Source of the DNA: an uncultured delta proteobacterium
GTDB taxonomy: Bacteria > Desulfobacterota > Syntrophia > Syntrophales > UBA2185
Length of the DNA stretch: 64,000 nt
Assembly (NCBI GenBank): GCA_963729715.1
Contig: CAVSPA010000010.1
Span: forward strand, 32,001 to 96,000
Direction of reading: 5' to 3'
Shown here: piece by piece, positions 27,599 through 38,270 of the stretch
Position numbering within the stretch: position 1 is the first letter of the stretch
Layout: each line of letters begins with the position of its first letter
The notes under the pieces: generated by a model
The model's input: only the letters and a program-made list of their open reading frames with translations
Told to the model about the DNA's origin: nothing
Databases searched by the model: none
Translations under genes and position numbers: made by a program

Positions 27599-28905
27599 GC
27601 TCTTTGAAAATTGACACGTTTTCTAATCTCGGATAGAGTAGTTAAATGAAAACGAAAAATACACTCCGAGACCTGTATAAATTTCCTGGATTCCGTGCCC
27701 GTGCCACACTAAAGCCACACCCGGAAGATACTGAAGGATGCATTGTGACCCTTGAGCGCCGCCAAAAAAAACGGTCTGTTCCGGCTGCGGTACAACGGCA
27801 TCAAGCTATCGGGACCGGCGAACGCATAGAGTGCGAGACCTGGATGCCGGAGCAACCCGCATCTATCTTGAATTCGAGTATCGCAGGGTCGCCTGCCCGC
27901 ATTGCACAGCCGTGAAGCGCGAGACTCTTTCAATGCTGGCCAAGTCAGCCCGGTTCACTCAGCGGTTCGAGGACCGCATTGGACTGCTCTGTCGCGAGAT
28001 GAGCATCAAGCGTGTTGCGGAGCTTAACAACCTGAGCTGGGATCAGGTGTGTCGCATGGAGAAATGCTACATGCGCCGCCTGCTGGAGCAGCATCCACCT
28101 TCTCAGCAGCTTCGGACCATTGGCATCGATGAAATATCGACCCGTAAGGGCCACACCTATGCCATCGTTGTCGCCGACCTTGACCAGAGACGGCCGATCT
28201 GGCTGGGCGGACAGGGCCGCACCGAACAGGATTTGCAGTTGTTCTTCGACACCATGGGCCTTGAGCGCTGCAAGGCAATCGAACTGGCGGTCATGGATAT
28301 GTGGAAGCCATTTCGCAAAGCAACGCTGAGTCATGCTCCCAACGCACAGATTGTCTATGACAAGTTTCACATCATGCGTCATCTGGCAGACGCCCTTGAT
28401 CAGGTCAGGCGCAGCGAGTACAAACGTGTCAATGAGAAAGAACGTCGGTTCATCAAGGGGCAGCGCTATACGTTGCTGTCCCATAAAGCCAATTTAGATA
28501 TTGAAGGCCGACGGGCCTTGCAAATGCTGTTAAAAGCAAACAAACGGCTTCATAAAGCCTATCTGTTGAAAGAATCGTTCGGGCAACTCTGGGATTATAA
28601 CAACCCAACATGGGCACGAAAGTTCTTTGAAAGCTGGAAAGACCAGTTGCGCTGGCAGCGGCTTAAACCCTTTGAGAAGTTTGCTGCTCTCATTGAGCGT
28701 CACTGGGACGGAATCATCAGTTACTGCCATCCTGATCACAAGGTTTCACTTGGATTCATGGAAGGCTTGAATAACAAGATCCGCGTCATCCAGCGCAGAG
28801 CATACGGCATTAAGGATCAGGAATACCTGATGCTCAAAGTTATAACTTCCTTTATCAAAGAACCGAAATAGAATTAAATTTATGCACAACAAACCCAGAA
28901 GACCC
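27599..28905 (+). mobile_element. ISL3-family insertion sequence (ends approximate)
   Basis: ISL3 transposase; right end reads GGGTCTTC on the minus strand and left end TGCTCTTTG; no clear target duplication seen. Confidence 0.85.
27646..28871 (+). CDS. ISL3 transposase split across a -1 frameshift at an A8 run (27764-27771)
   Basis: ORF1 ...RRQKK continues in the -1 frame as TVCSGC...RVACPHC (zf-ISL3), then IGIDE, VMDMW.PF, YDKFH, EGLNNKIRVIQRRAYG. Confidence 0.9.
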
Positions 28906-28911
28906 TCCTTT

Positions 28912-29637
28912 TTAAGCTTTCGCATTTATATACTTCAGCAGGTCATTGCCTTCCTTGAACAGGGGATTGATTTTCAGAGCCTCCCGGATGGATGACTCGG
29001 CAAGCTTCCAGTCCTTTCTCTCCATCTGGACTCTCGCGATGTTGTAGTATAGCCCTTCGTCATCCGGCAGGATAGCGAGGGCCTTTTCAAATTCACCTAT
29101 TGCCTTCTCGTAGGCCCCTTCTTTTCGGAAACGAATGCCATTGCTGTTGTATGTTTGAACAATGAAGGTTACCAAAAGGTCATTATCTGCAATGAGTTCT
29201 TTAGCCTGCGTATATTCTCCTTGGTCGATAACATTCATGATCAACTGAGCCTCCGCTTCCATGTCTTTGGCAGCATCCGTCCCGGATGTGTCAGATTTTT
29301 GACTAAGATCAACATTATCCCGTACCCCTTCGTCCCCCACACTGATTAACTGCTTAACGAACTCAAGCGAACTGCCGAGATCCTTTGCATGGAACGATAC
29401 GGGTCCGAACATCTTCTTGAAATCTTTGTTTTCCGAAAGTGTAAGCTGAAAAGAATTAACCTCTTCCATCAGTCCTTTTTCGTCAGACGGCAGCATCTGC
29501 GTACTCAGGGTCTTTTCCAGGACTGACTTGAAATAGACAAGACAGGTGTGAACATTACCCTGCTTAATCTTTGCCTTGCATTCATGCAACTGCTTGATAA
29601 TTTTTGATATTTCTTCTCTCTTGATTTCTGCTGCCAT
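28912..29637 (-). CDS. TPR-containing protein
   Basis: YNSNGIRFRKEGAYEKAIGEFEKALAILPDDEGLYYNIAR. Confidence 0.85.
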   Translation of the reverse strand: MAAEIKREEISKIIKQLHECKAKIKQGNVHTCLVYFKSVLEKTLSTQMLPSDEKGLMEEVNSFQLTLSENKDFKKMFGPVSFHAKDLGSSLEFVKQLISVGDEGVRDNVDLSQKSDTSGTDAAKDMEAEAQLIMNVIDQGEYTQAKELIADNDLLVTFIVQTYNSNGIRFRKEGAYEKAIGEFEKALAILPDDEGLYYNIARVQMERKDWKLAESSIREALKINPLFKEGNDLLKYINAKA

Positions 29638-29867
29638 TTTTCTTCCTTCGACAGATGGTTACCATGCAAGAAGCATGCAATACTGGCCTCTTGTTTCAAA
29701 CGCTCATGCAGGCTTCCTGGTGTTTAAATAGCCGTGTTCTCAGAAAGGTACAATTGTTGCATCCGATTAAATCGTTGCCGACAGTTCATTAAATACGGAT
29801 TAAGAGTCAACAAGGAGTTGTTAATCTATGTCGCGGCGAGAAGTTCAAGTTTTCTATTACCTTCTCT

Positions 29868-29894
29868 TAAAGTTTTCCATCTGCGTGTCGATAA
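29868..29894 (+). promoter_or_regulatory. sigma28 promoter of the chemotaxis/motor operon
   Basis: TAAAGTTT with TAAA-N15-GTCGATAA, 70 nt upstream of 29964. Confidence 0.75.
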
Positions 29895-29963
29895 CAAGGT
29901 ACAGGGGTTGCAATGGATTAATTCGTTGCTATCGGTTCATCGCAAACATTCAAAAGGATTGAT

Positions 29964-30596
29964 ATGGCTGAATCTCTTTATTCTACCTCGGAGGTAGCAA
30001 GGTTATTCGAGATTAATAGGGTAACCATATACCGCTGGGTTCAAGAAGGAGTCGTGAAGGCATACAAGGTTGGCAAGCATCTGAAAATACCCGCATCCGA
30101 GGTAGAGAGACTATGGAAGGAGTTTGGTTTTCCCGAGGGACCGCACACGCGTGTTTCCGATCTTTCTCAGAAAGATGGATCATATAATCCTAAGTCCGGG
30201 GCGAAATATGAGCAACAAAAAAAATTAGTCATGGCGGTAGATAGTGATGAGTCGGATATCAAATTCATAAGAGAAATATTTGCTTCCGCGAAACTCAAAG
30301 GAAAATGCATCTTGGAGACCTATACAGACAATCTTGAGGCGGCCCTCGCCATAGGCAAAGAGAAACCCGATCTGCTGCTTATTAAGATGATGAAATCGGA
30401 CGGAAGCGGTGAGGAGTTCGCAAAGAAAATCAGGGGGCTTCATTCTGATGTAAAGATCATTTTTATGGATGATACTTCCACGAACAGGCAGAAAAGAGAA
30501 GGCGCCGAGTTTCCTGATGATGCTATTGTGACTGCCGGACGGGCAGGGTTGTATCAAGAAATTACAAGAGCCCTCGGACTATATGATGGGCGCTGA
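29964..30596 (+). CDS. Excisionase-type HTH (HTH_17) fused to an atypical receiver domain
   Basis: YSTSEVARLFEINRVTIYRWVQEG...VGKHLKIP; receiver-like VMAVDSD...KPDLLLIK. Confidence 0.85.
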   Translation: MAESLYSTSEVARLFEINRVTIYRWVQEGVVKAYKVGKHLKIPASEVERLWKEFGFPEGPHTRVSDLSQKDGSYNPKSGAKYEQQKKLVMAVDSDESDIKFIREIFASAKLKGKCILETYTDNLEAALAIGKEKPDLLLIKMMKSDGSGEEFAKKIRGLHSDVKIIFMDDTSTNRQKREGAEFPDDAIVTAGRAGLYQEITRALGLYDGR

Positions 30597-30784
30597 GAAA
30601 AAATGCGCTTAGCAGACAGATCAAGTTACGGATGAGATACAGAAGGATTAAACAGGAAGCATAAATGGAAGGGGGATGGGACAGTTTCAGTCAATTAATT
30701 GGTCGAGTCGGTAATTTGTAAAATCAGCAAAGGATGACAGGTCACGAGATTAACAAAGGAAAGAATACAAAGGGGAGGGAAGAA

Positions 30785-31237
30785 ATGAAAAAGCTGGTTA
30801 TTGTAATCTTGATTGCAGCATTCGTGGCTGGAGGAGTCACGTTCGCTCTGGCCAAAGGCACAGCAAAGGAAGCCCAGGCAATGACAGATAAGGCAATTGC
30901 TTATTTTCAGGCGAATGGAAAGGCAAAAGCATTTGCGGCCTTTGATGATACCAAAGGGCAGTTTGTGAAAGAAGATTTGTACATCTATGTCGTTGATATG
31001 AAGGGGGACATTGTGTCACACGGGGCCAACAAGGCACTTATAGGACAGCATTTTATCGACATTAAAGATTCCGATGGAAAGCTCTTTTTTCGAGAGATTA
31101 TCAAAGTGGCAACGACAAAGGGGAGCGGCTGGGTAGATTATAAGTGGACGAACCCCGTATCGAAGAAGGTCGAGCCGAAATCTGCATTTGTTAAGAAGAG
31201 TGGTGACTATATTTTTTGCTGTGGGATCTACAAATGA
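30785..31237 (+). CDS. Stand-alone secreted single Cache (sCache_2-type) protein
   Basis: Signal peptide; DLYIYVVD..G....HGAN, KDSDGK, GSGWVDYKWTNP...EPKS...CGIY. Confidence 0.9.
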   Translation: MKKLVIVILIAAFVAGGVTFALAKGTAKEAQAMTDKAIAYFQANGKAKAFAAFDDTKGQFVKEDLYIYVVDMKGDIVSHGANKALIGQHFIDIKDSDGKLFFREIIKVATTKGSGWVDYKWTNPVSKKVEPKSAFVKKSGDYIFCCGIYK

Positions 31238-31260
31238 AAAAAAGGAGGATGAAGAAAGAA

Positions 31261-31716
31261 ATGAAGAAACTGATGACAATAATTATGATAGCAGCCTTCT
31301 TCGCATGCGGGATAGCTTACGCTGGCACGGGCACTGCAAAAGAGGCCATGGCTTTGGTTGATAAGGCAGTTGCTTACTACAAGGCAAATGGCAAGGACAA
31401 GGCATTTCCGGAATTCAATAACAAGAGCGGGCAATTTGTGAATAAGGACCTGTACATCTTTGTTATGGACTGGAATGGGACGCTACTGGCTCACGGGGCA
31501 AATGAGAAACTCATCAATAAGCCAACAGGGGACTTGAAAGATTCGGATGGCAAGTACTTTATGAGGGAAATGGTCAAGGTTGCCCAGACTAAGGGAACGG
31601 GCTGGGTCGATTACAAGTGGACCAATCCGGTGTCCAAAAAGATCGAGCAGAAATCGAGCTATGTTAAGAGAGTCGGCAATGAGAATCTCTTGATCGGTTG
31701 CGGCATTTACAAATAG
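31261..31716 (+). CDS. Stand-alone secreted single Cache protein, paralog 2
   Basis: Signal peptide; same motifs HGAN, KDSDGK, GWVDYKWTNPVSKK, CGIYK. Confidence 0.9.
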   Translation: MKKLMTIIMIAAFFACGIAYAGTGTAKEAMALVDKAVAYYKANGKDKAFPEFNNKSGQFVNKDLYIFVMDWNGTLLAHGANEKLINKPTGDLKDSDGKYFMREMVKVAQTKGTGWVDYKWTNPVSKKIEQKSSYVKRVGNENLLIGCGIYK

Positions 31717-31726
31717 TTGCATAGAA

Positions 31727-31760
31727 AGTGGTCAGATAGGCCTGCTGCCTGTCTGACCGC
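31727..31760 (+). terminator. Stem-loop between the Cache genes and the MCP (terminator or RNA stability element)
   Basis: gtggtcagatagg...cctgtctgaccgc; no strong U-tract. Confidence 0.45.
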
Positions 31761-31787
31761 AAAATTTAAAAGTGGGGGGGTATTGAC

Positions 31788-33389
31788 GTGAAGAAAATCA
31801 TCAGAAACCTGAAGATGGCAAGAAAAATGATGTTACTTCCAGCAGTTGTCTTCATAGCCCTCATTGCGCTGACATACGGCACATATGAGGGACTTTCGGC
31901 TCAAAAGACGGCTATGGATGAAATATTTAACAATAGATTTCAAGTATACCAGGAAACCGCTGACATCATCAAGAAGGTGGCTAACGTCCATGCAAATATC
32001 TATAAGGTTATCAGCTGGGCGGGCGCAAATTATGAAGATAAGAAGATCGACGCCCTGGCCAATGAGCAGAAGGACAACCTGGTAAAGACTATTGAACTCG
32101 TGAAAAGCACCTTGAAGTCGAGCGCTCTCAGTACGGACGAGAAGAAGCTCTTTCAGAAAACTCTCGATGATTTGCTGGAATATCAGAAACCGGCGGATGG
32201 TGTAATGAGTGTGGGGAAATCGGATTTGAACGCGGCAACGATGTTCATGGGTACATCGGATGAGAAATATCAGGTACTCAACCAGACATTGGAAGAGCTC
32301 CTGGCGCTCGAGAAAAAATTGGCCAGGGGGAAGTATGATTCTTCTGTCAGCAGCTTCAACGCCGTAGTGAAGACATATATAATTATACTTTTGATTGCAG
32401 TTATCCTGTCCGTGGTGACCAATATCATAATTACCAGACTCATTACGCAGCCGATCAAGGAGGCGAACGAGGTAATCAAGAAGGTTGCCGATGGTGATCT
32501 TACGCAGGAAATCAATGTGGATGCCAAGGACGAGATCGGCGATCTCGCTTCGTCTATCAATACCATGAGGATGAAGATGGGGGAAGCAGTAGGCCAGTCG
32601 CTCTCAATTTCTCATGTTCTGTCCGAATCATCTTCCCGGCAGGCAGCTGCGCTGGAAGAGACGTCGGCCTCTCTCGACGAGATGGCTTCCATGACCAGAC
32701 AGAATGCAAGCAATACGGCTGAAGCCAATAAGCTGATGTCGGCAGCGAGGCAGGCTATCGAAAAGGCTAATGTTTCTATGGCGGATCTGACCAGATCGAT
32801 GAAGGAAATCGCAACTGCCAGCGAACAGACCCAAAAGATCATCAAAAGCATAGATGAAGTTGCCTTCCAGACGAACCTGTTGGCTTTGAATGCGGCGGTG
32901 GAAGCCGCCCGGGCCGGAGAGGCCGGAGCAGGTTTTGCGGTGGTTGCCGATGAGGTCAGGAATCTCGCCATGCGGGCGACAGATTCTGCAAAAAATACGG
33001 CCACCCTGATCGAGAATATTGTTAAAAAAGTAAGGGGGGGCGAATCGCTCGTTAATGTTACAAATGAAGTCTTCAGCGAGGTAACGGCAAGCTCAACCAA
33101 GGTTGTCGAGCTGATGGGAGAAATCGCGGCTGCATCTCAGGAACAATCACAGGGGATTGATCAGGTGAACAAGGTTGTGGCTGAGATGAACCAGGTTACA
33201 CAGCAGAATGCTGCCAGTGCCGAAGAATTGTCCGCCACGATGTCGATGTTCAAGGTTGAAGACAATAACAGAAAGAACATAGAGGAGAGTTTATCCCATA
33301 GGAAACCTGTAAAGAAGTTCACTCTTTCACAGGATAGCCAAGGAAGTGCCGAAAAGACTATTCCCTTGAAAGATGAAGACTTCGTATGA
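31788..33389 (+). CDS. Methyl-accepting chemotaxis protein (TM, four-helix-type sensor, TM, HAMP, signalling domain)
   Basis: [50 protein letters not shown]...DEIGDLA. Confidence 0.96.
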   Translation: MKKIIRNLKMARKMMLLPAVVFIALIALTYGTYEGLSAQKTAMDEIFNNRFQVYQETADIIKKVANVHANIYKVISWAGANYEDKKIDALANEQKDNLVKTIELVKSTLKSSALSTDEKKLFQKTLDDLLEYQKPADGVMSVGKSDLNAATMFMGTSDEKYQVLNQTLEELLALEKKLARGKYDSSVSSFNAVVKTYIIILLIAVILSVVTNIIITRLITQPIKEANEVIKKVADGDLTQEINVDAKDEIGDLASSINTMRMKMGEAVGQSLSISHVLSESSSRQAAALEETSASLDEMASMTRQNASNTAEANKLMSAARQAIEKANVSMADLTRSMKEIATASEQTQKIIKSIDEVAFQTNLLALNAAVEAARAGEAGAGFAVVADEVRNLAMRATDSAKNTATLIENIVKKVRGGESLVNVTNEVFSEVTASSTKVVELMGEIAAASQEQSQGIDQVNKVVAEMNQVTQQNAASAEELSATMSMFKVEDNNRKNIEESLSHRKPVKKFTLSQDSQGSAEKTIPLKDEDFV

Positions 33390-33526
33390 CGTGAGGGAAA
33401 GACGTTTATGTCCGATGGTCTTGCACGTCTGTTGAGTTGTAGAGACGCGGGCCGGGGCAATACGCTTAGTTTCTGGCAATGAAGGTAGACGGTGCGGAAA
33501 ATAGTATTATGAGGAGGTACTGAACT

Positions 33527-34057
33527 ATGCCGGAGGCATCAGGAGTAACAAAAGACGGGGCAGTGTCCCAAACAGCGGACAGAGGGCTCCAAAGGGAAGG
33601 AAAATATCTTACCTTTGGTCTTGGGAGTGAAGAATACGGATTAGAGATACTTAAGGTAAAGGAAATCATTGGTGTCATGAATATTACCTCCGTGCCTCAG
33701 ACACCCAAGTACGTAAAAGGCGTCATTAATTTGAGGGGCAAGGTCATTCCCGTCGTCGATCTGCGCCTGAAGTTTGGCATGGATGCCAAGGAATACAATG
33801 ACAGAACCTGCATTATTGTTGTCGATATCGCAGTCAAGGCAGGCAAGAAGACGGTTATGGGCATCGTTGTGGATTCAGTTTCTGAGGTCCTCAATATTAA
33901 GGGTGAAGAAATAGAAGATACACCGACGTTTGGCGTGACACTGGGGACAGATTATATATTGGGAATGGCTAAGGTAAAAGGAGGAGTTAAGATCCTTCTC
34001 GATATCAACAAGGTATTGACGACAGATGCCGTCATGGCCGAATCGATGGTGCATTGA
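33527..34057 (+). CDS. cheW: Chemotaxis coupling protein CheW
   Basis: YLTFGLGSEEYGLEIL.VKEII...VKGVINLRGKVIPVVDLR. Confidence 0.97.
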   Translation: MPEASGVTKDGAVSQTADRGLQREGKYLTFGLGSEEYGLEILKVKEIIGVMNITSVPQTPKYVKGVINLRGKVIPVVDLRLKFGMDAKEYNDRTCIIVVDIAVKAGKKTVMGIVVDSVSEVLNIKGEEIEDTPTFGVTLGTDYILGMAKVKGGVKILLDINKVLTTDAVMAESMVH

Positions 34058-34125
34058 GACATCAGATAATTCCGACGTCCGCAACAAACTGTGACGATCG
34101 CAGCAATGATGAAGTGTGTAAGCGT

Positions 34126-34956
34126 ATGGCGTCCATTGAACTGAAAGATATTGATTTTGAGAAAATAAGCCGTTTTGTTTACGATCTCTGCGGCATCCAT
34201 TTACATGAAGGTAAGAAAGAGCTTGTTAAAGCGCGTCTGGGTAAGCGCCTGAGAGAGGGGAGATTTAAGTCCTTCTCAGAATATTATCGTTACGTCACCA
34301 CTCAGCAGGGTGCAGATGAATTGATCTGTATGATCGATTCGCTCTCCACAAATTTGACCAGCTTTTTCAGGGAGGTTGAACATTTTCAACTGCTCCGAAA
34401 GATCATGCCGGAGATGGCAAAAATGCCGAGGAAGGGTCGTATCCCGAAGCTGAGGATATGGAGCGCCGGGTGTTCGACGGGTGAAGAGCCTTATACAATT
34501 GCTATGACATTGAAAGAATTATTCAACAATGGGCAAGCTGATATCAAAATAATGGCGTCAGATATTTCTACAAGAGTACTTAATGCTGCCGTAAAAGGCA
34601 TATACCCTGAGGAAAAGGTCAAGGGCATTTCTCCCGATCTCTTAAAAAAATATTTTCAGGTTGGTCAGGGCGACTGGAGGGGACACTACAGGGTCAAGAA
34701 AGAAATTTACGAAATAATTGATTTTGTGCGGTTCAACCTTATGGATGCGCTCGCCTGCAATGATCCCTTTGACGTCATATTCTGCCGAAATGTCATGATA
34801 TATTTCGATAAACCGACGCAGGGCAGAATGGTACGTAAATTCTATAGATACTTGAAAGAGGGCGGGTATTTGTTTGTCGGACGTTCTGAAAGTTTGACAG
34901 GGCTGAATCATCAATTCAAATATATAGAACCAAGCGTATATCAGAAACAATTATGA
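34126..34956 (+). CDS. cheR: Chemotaxis methyltransferase CheR (ORF is open from 34054)
   Basis: TNLTSFFRE, RIWSAGCSTGEEPYT, DVIFCRNVMIYFD. Confidence 0.97.
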   Translation: MASIELKDIDFEKISRFVYDLCGIHLHEGKKELVKARLGKRLREGRFKSFSEYYRYVTTQQGADELICMIDSLSTNLTSFFREVEHFQLLRKIMPEMAKMPRKGRIPKLRIWSAGCSTGEEPYTIAMTLKELFNNGQADIKIMASDISTRVLNAAVKGIYPEEKVKGISPDLLKKYFQVGQGDWRGHYRVKKEIYEIIDFVRFNLMDALACNDPFDVIFCRNVMIYFDKPTQGRMVRKFYRYLKEGGYLFVGRSESLTGLNHQFKYIEPSVYQKQL

Positions 34957-35438
34957 GCGAGATTGTCATCGGCATTTCAGACTTTAAGGTTAGCAATAAT
35001 ATAAGCGATGTGTTGGTTACCTATGCGCTCGGATCATGTGTCGGCGTCACCATCTATGATCCCGTAGTTAAAGTGGGAGGACTCCTGCATTTTATGCTGC
35101 CGGAATCGTCACTGGATATGAGAAAAGCGGGCGAAAATCCAGCCATGTTTGCGGATACAGGCATCCCCGTTTTGTTTAAGACTTGTTATGAACTTGGCGC
35201 AAAAAAAAAGCGAATGATCGTGAAAGTTGCTGGCGGGGCGAGCATTCTGGATGACGCAAATTTTTTCCGGATAGGCCAGAAAAACGTAACCGCCATGAAG
35301 AAACTATTCTGGAAGAACAACGTTTTTATCGAAGGAGAGGACACCGGAAGTAACTGCAACCGAACTTTTTCCATACATATCTCAACGGGTAAAGTCTTCG
35401 TGAGGACTGCCCATAACGGGACCAGGGAGTTGGTATGA
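34953..35438 (+). CDS. cheD: Chemoreceptor glutamine deamidase CheD
   Basis: TYALGSCVGV...GGLLHFMLP...FADTG...KVAGGA...IG.KN. Confidence 0.95.
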   Translation: MSEIVIGISDFKVSNNISDVLVTYALGSCVGVTIYDPVVKVGGLLHFMLPESSLDMRKAGENPAMFADTGIPVLFKTCYELGAKKKRMIVKVAGGASILDDANFFRIGQKNVTAMKKLFWKNNVFIEGEDTGSNCNRTFSIHISTGKVFVRTAHNGTRELV

Positions 35439-36280
35439 TCTCAGATAAAATCCTAAAATCCATCAAGAACATTCCCGCCTTTCCTGCGGTCGCAATGAAG
35501 GTGATGGCTTTGATTGATGATCCCAACTACTCCATAATGGATGTGGCAGATGTGGTCAAATATGATCAGGCGATCACGGCCAATATACTGAGGATATGCA
35601 ATTCTGCATACTTTGGTCTCAACTACAAAGTCGTGACAATAAATGATGCAGTAATGCGCCTCGGTCAGCAAAATATCGTCCGTGCGGTCCAGGCTGCCGG
35701 AGTATCGACATTTTATAGAAAGGCTAAGGGGTATGGTCTGGAGGCTAATAAGCTCTGGGAGCACTCGGTGGGAGTGGCCCTCATGACCCAGATATTATCC
35801 AAGAGGATTTTTAAATGCGAGGATGCCAAACTTTACACTACGGCGCTTCTCCACGACATCGGCAAGGTTATCATGGGTGAATTCGTCGATGAGTCATTTC
35901 CGCAAATTCATGACCTTGTCTCAAAGGAGGGGATTTCTTTTCTTGACGCGGAAGAAAAGATCATCGGCATTAACCATGCAGAGCTGGGCGGCAGGATAGC
36001 CTCCCAGTGGAACTTTCCTAAGGATATGACAGATGCGATTATATACCACCACAGACCAGATTTGATGCAGGATGAAGACAACAGCGGAGCCTGGCTTGTC
36101 TATCTCGCCGATCAAGCCTGCATTATGATGGGTATCGGGTTGGGGAGCGACGGTCTGGCATACAAAGGATTGTCTGAGGTAATTATCAAATTCAAACTTC
36201 GCCAGAAGGATTTTGAAGAATGCATCATGTTGATGCTCGAGGATCTCGACCGTGCCAGAGAAGTGATCGGTATGGTCTAA
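35435..36280 (+). CDS. HDOD domain protein
   Basis: IPAFP...DQAITANILRICNSAYFG...WEHS...LLHDIGK...HAELG...W.FP...YHH. Confidence 0.93.
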   Translation: MISDKILKSIKNIPAFPAVAMKVMALIDDPNYSIMDVADVVKYDQAITANILRICNSAYFGLNYKVVTINDAVMRLGQQNIVRAVQAAGVSTFYRKAKGYGLEANKLWEHSVGVALMTQILSKRIFKCEDAKLYTTALLHDIGKVIMGEFVDESFPQIHDLVSKEGISFLDAEEKIIGINHAELGGRIASQWNFPKDMTDAIIYHHRPDLMQDEDNSGAWLVYLADQACIMMGIGLGSDGLAYKGLSEVIIKFKLRQKDFEECIMLMLEDLDRAREVIGMV

Positions 36281-36328
36281 ACATGATGATATCATCAAGA
36301 AGTCAGAAAGGAATGATGAGGTGCCGCG

Positions 36329-36760
36329 ATGTCTTTTAATGTCCTGATCGTTGATGATTCTAAATCGGTGCGTTCCGTTGTCAAAAAGATCATTACGATT
36401 TCAGGTTTCCGGATGGATCAATGCTATGAAGCCGCAAACGGAAAACAGGCCTTGGAAATCTTGTCGAAGGAGTGGGTGGATATCATTCTATCAGACTTGA
36501 ATATGCCGGAGATGAACGGGTTGGAGATGCTGGCTGTCATAAAGGAGGACATCCATCTGCAAAAGATACCTGTGATCATTATTTCAACGGAGGGCAGCGA
36601 TGAGAAAAGGAATGCTGTCTTAGGAATGGGTGCGAAACAGTTCATCAAGAAGCCCTTCTCACCCGAATGCGTGAGAAAAGTTCTTTACGAAGTCATAGGC
36701 ATGGAGGATGGGGAAACGCATGAAAGAAATGAAAGAGATAATGATGGCAGCGATTTTTGA
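36329..36760 (+). CDS. CheY-like response regulator
   Basis: VLIVDDS, ILSDLNMPEMNG, IISTE, FIKKPF. Confidence 0.92.
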   Translation: MSFNVLIVDDSKSVRSVVKKIITISGFRMDQCYEAANGKQALEILSKEWVDIILSDLNMPEMNGLEMLAVIKEDIHLQKIPVIIISTEGSDEKRNAVLGMGAKQFIKKPFSPECVRKVLYEVIGMEDGETHERNERDNDGSDF

Positions 36761-37154
36761 TGTCGTCGAACAGATGTTTTATGTTTTTCTCGAGCCTGTA
36801 GGCGATGAATATTCAGACTATGCCATGGAAGCAGCCATACAGTTTAAAGGTGACTTGAAGGGTGAAATGAGCATCTTGGTCTCTGACGGATTAGCTAAAA
36901 GTATGGTTCACAATCTGTTAGGACTGGAAACAGGGCAAATGACTAAAGAGGACATAGAGGATTGTGTAAAAGAAGTGGTAAACATGATCTGCGGAAACTT
37001 CTTAGGGAGACTCGACCAGACAAGAATGTTTGATCTGTCCATGCCGTCATTTTCACAGCCCCCAAGAAAGGCAGTTGCGGGCAGTGATTCCTGCAGGCTG
37101 TATTTTGACTCTGACGGTGAGAGTTTCGGCGCCGTACTCAGACTGACGAATTAG
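36708..37154 (+). CDS. CheX-like protein (start may be 36720)
   Basis: EDCVKEVVNMICGN (E-x2-N phosphatase motif), FDLSMP. Confidence 0.8.
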   Translation: MGKRMKEMKEIMMAAIFDVVEQMFYVFLEPVGDEYSDYAMEAAIQFKGDLKGEMSILVSDGLAKSMVHNLLGLETGQMTKEDIEDCVKEVVNMICGNFLGRLDQTRMFDLSMPSFSQPPRKAVAGSDSCRLYFDSDGESFGAVLRLTN

Positions 37155-37209
37155 CCGGAAGCGGGGTTCATACGCAGGCAAGACGATAGAATCTGGGCAT
37201 TGCTGCTAA

Positions 37210-38268
<1,059 letters not shown>

Positions 38269-38270
38269 AG

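Noticed and set aside
29964..30130. Excisionase as a sign of a prophage or integrative element
   Set aside because: The HTH_17 domain is fused to a receiver-like domain behind a sigma28 promoter; no integrase, att site or phage genes are nearby.
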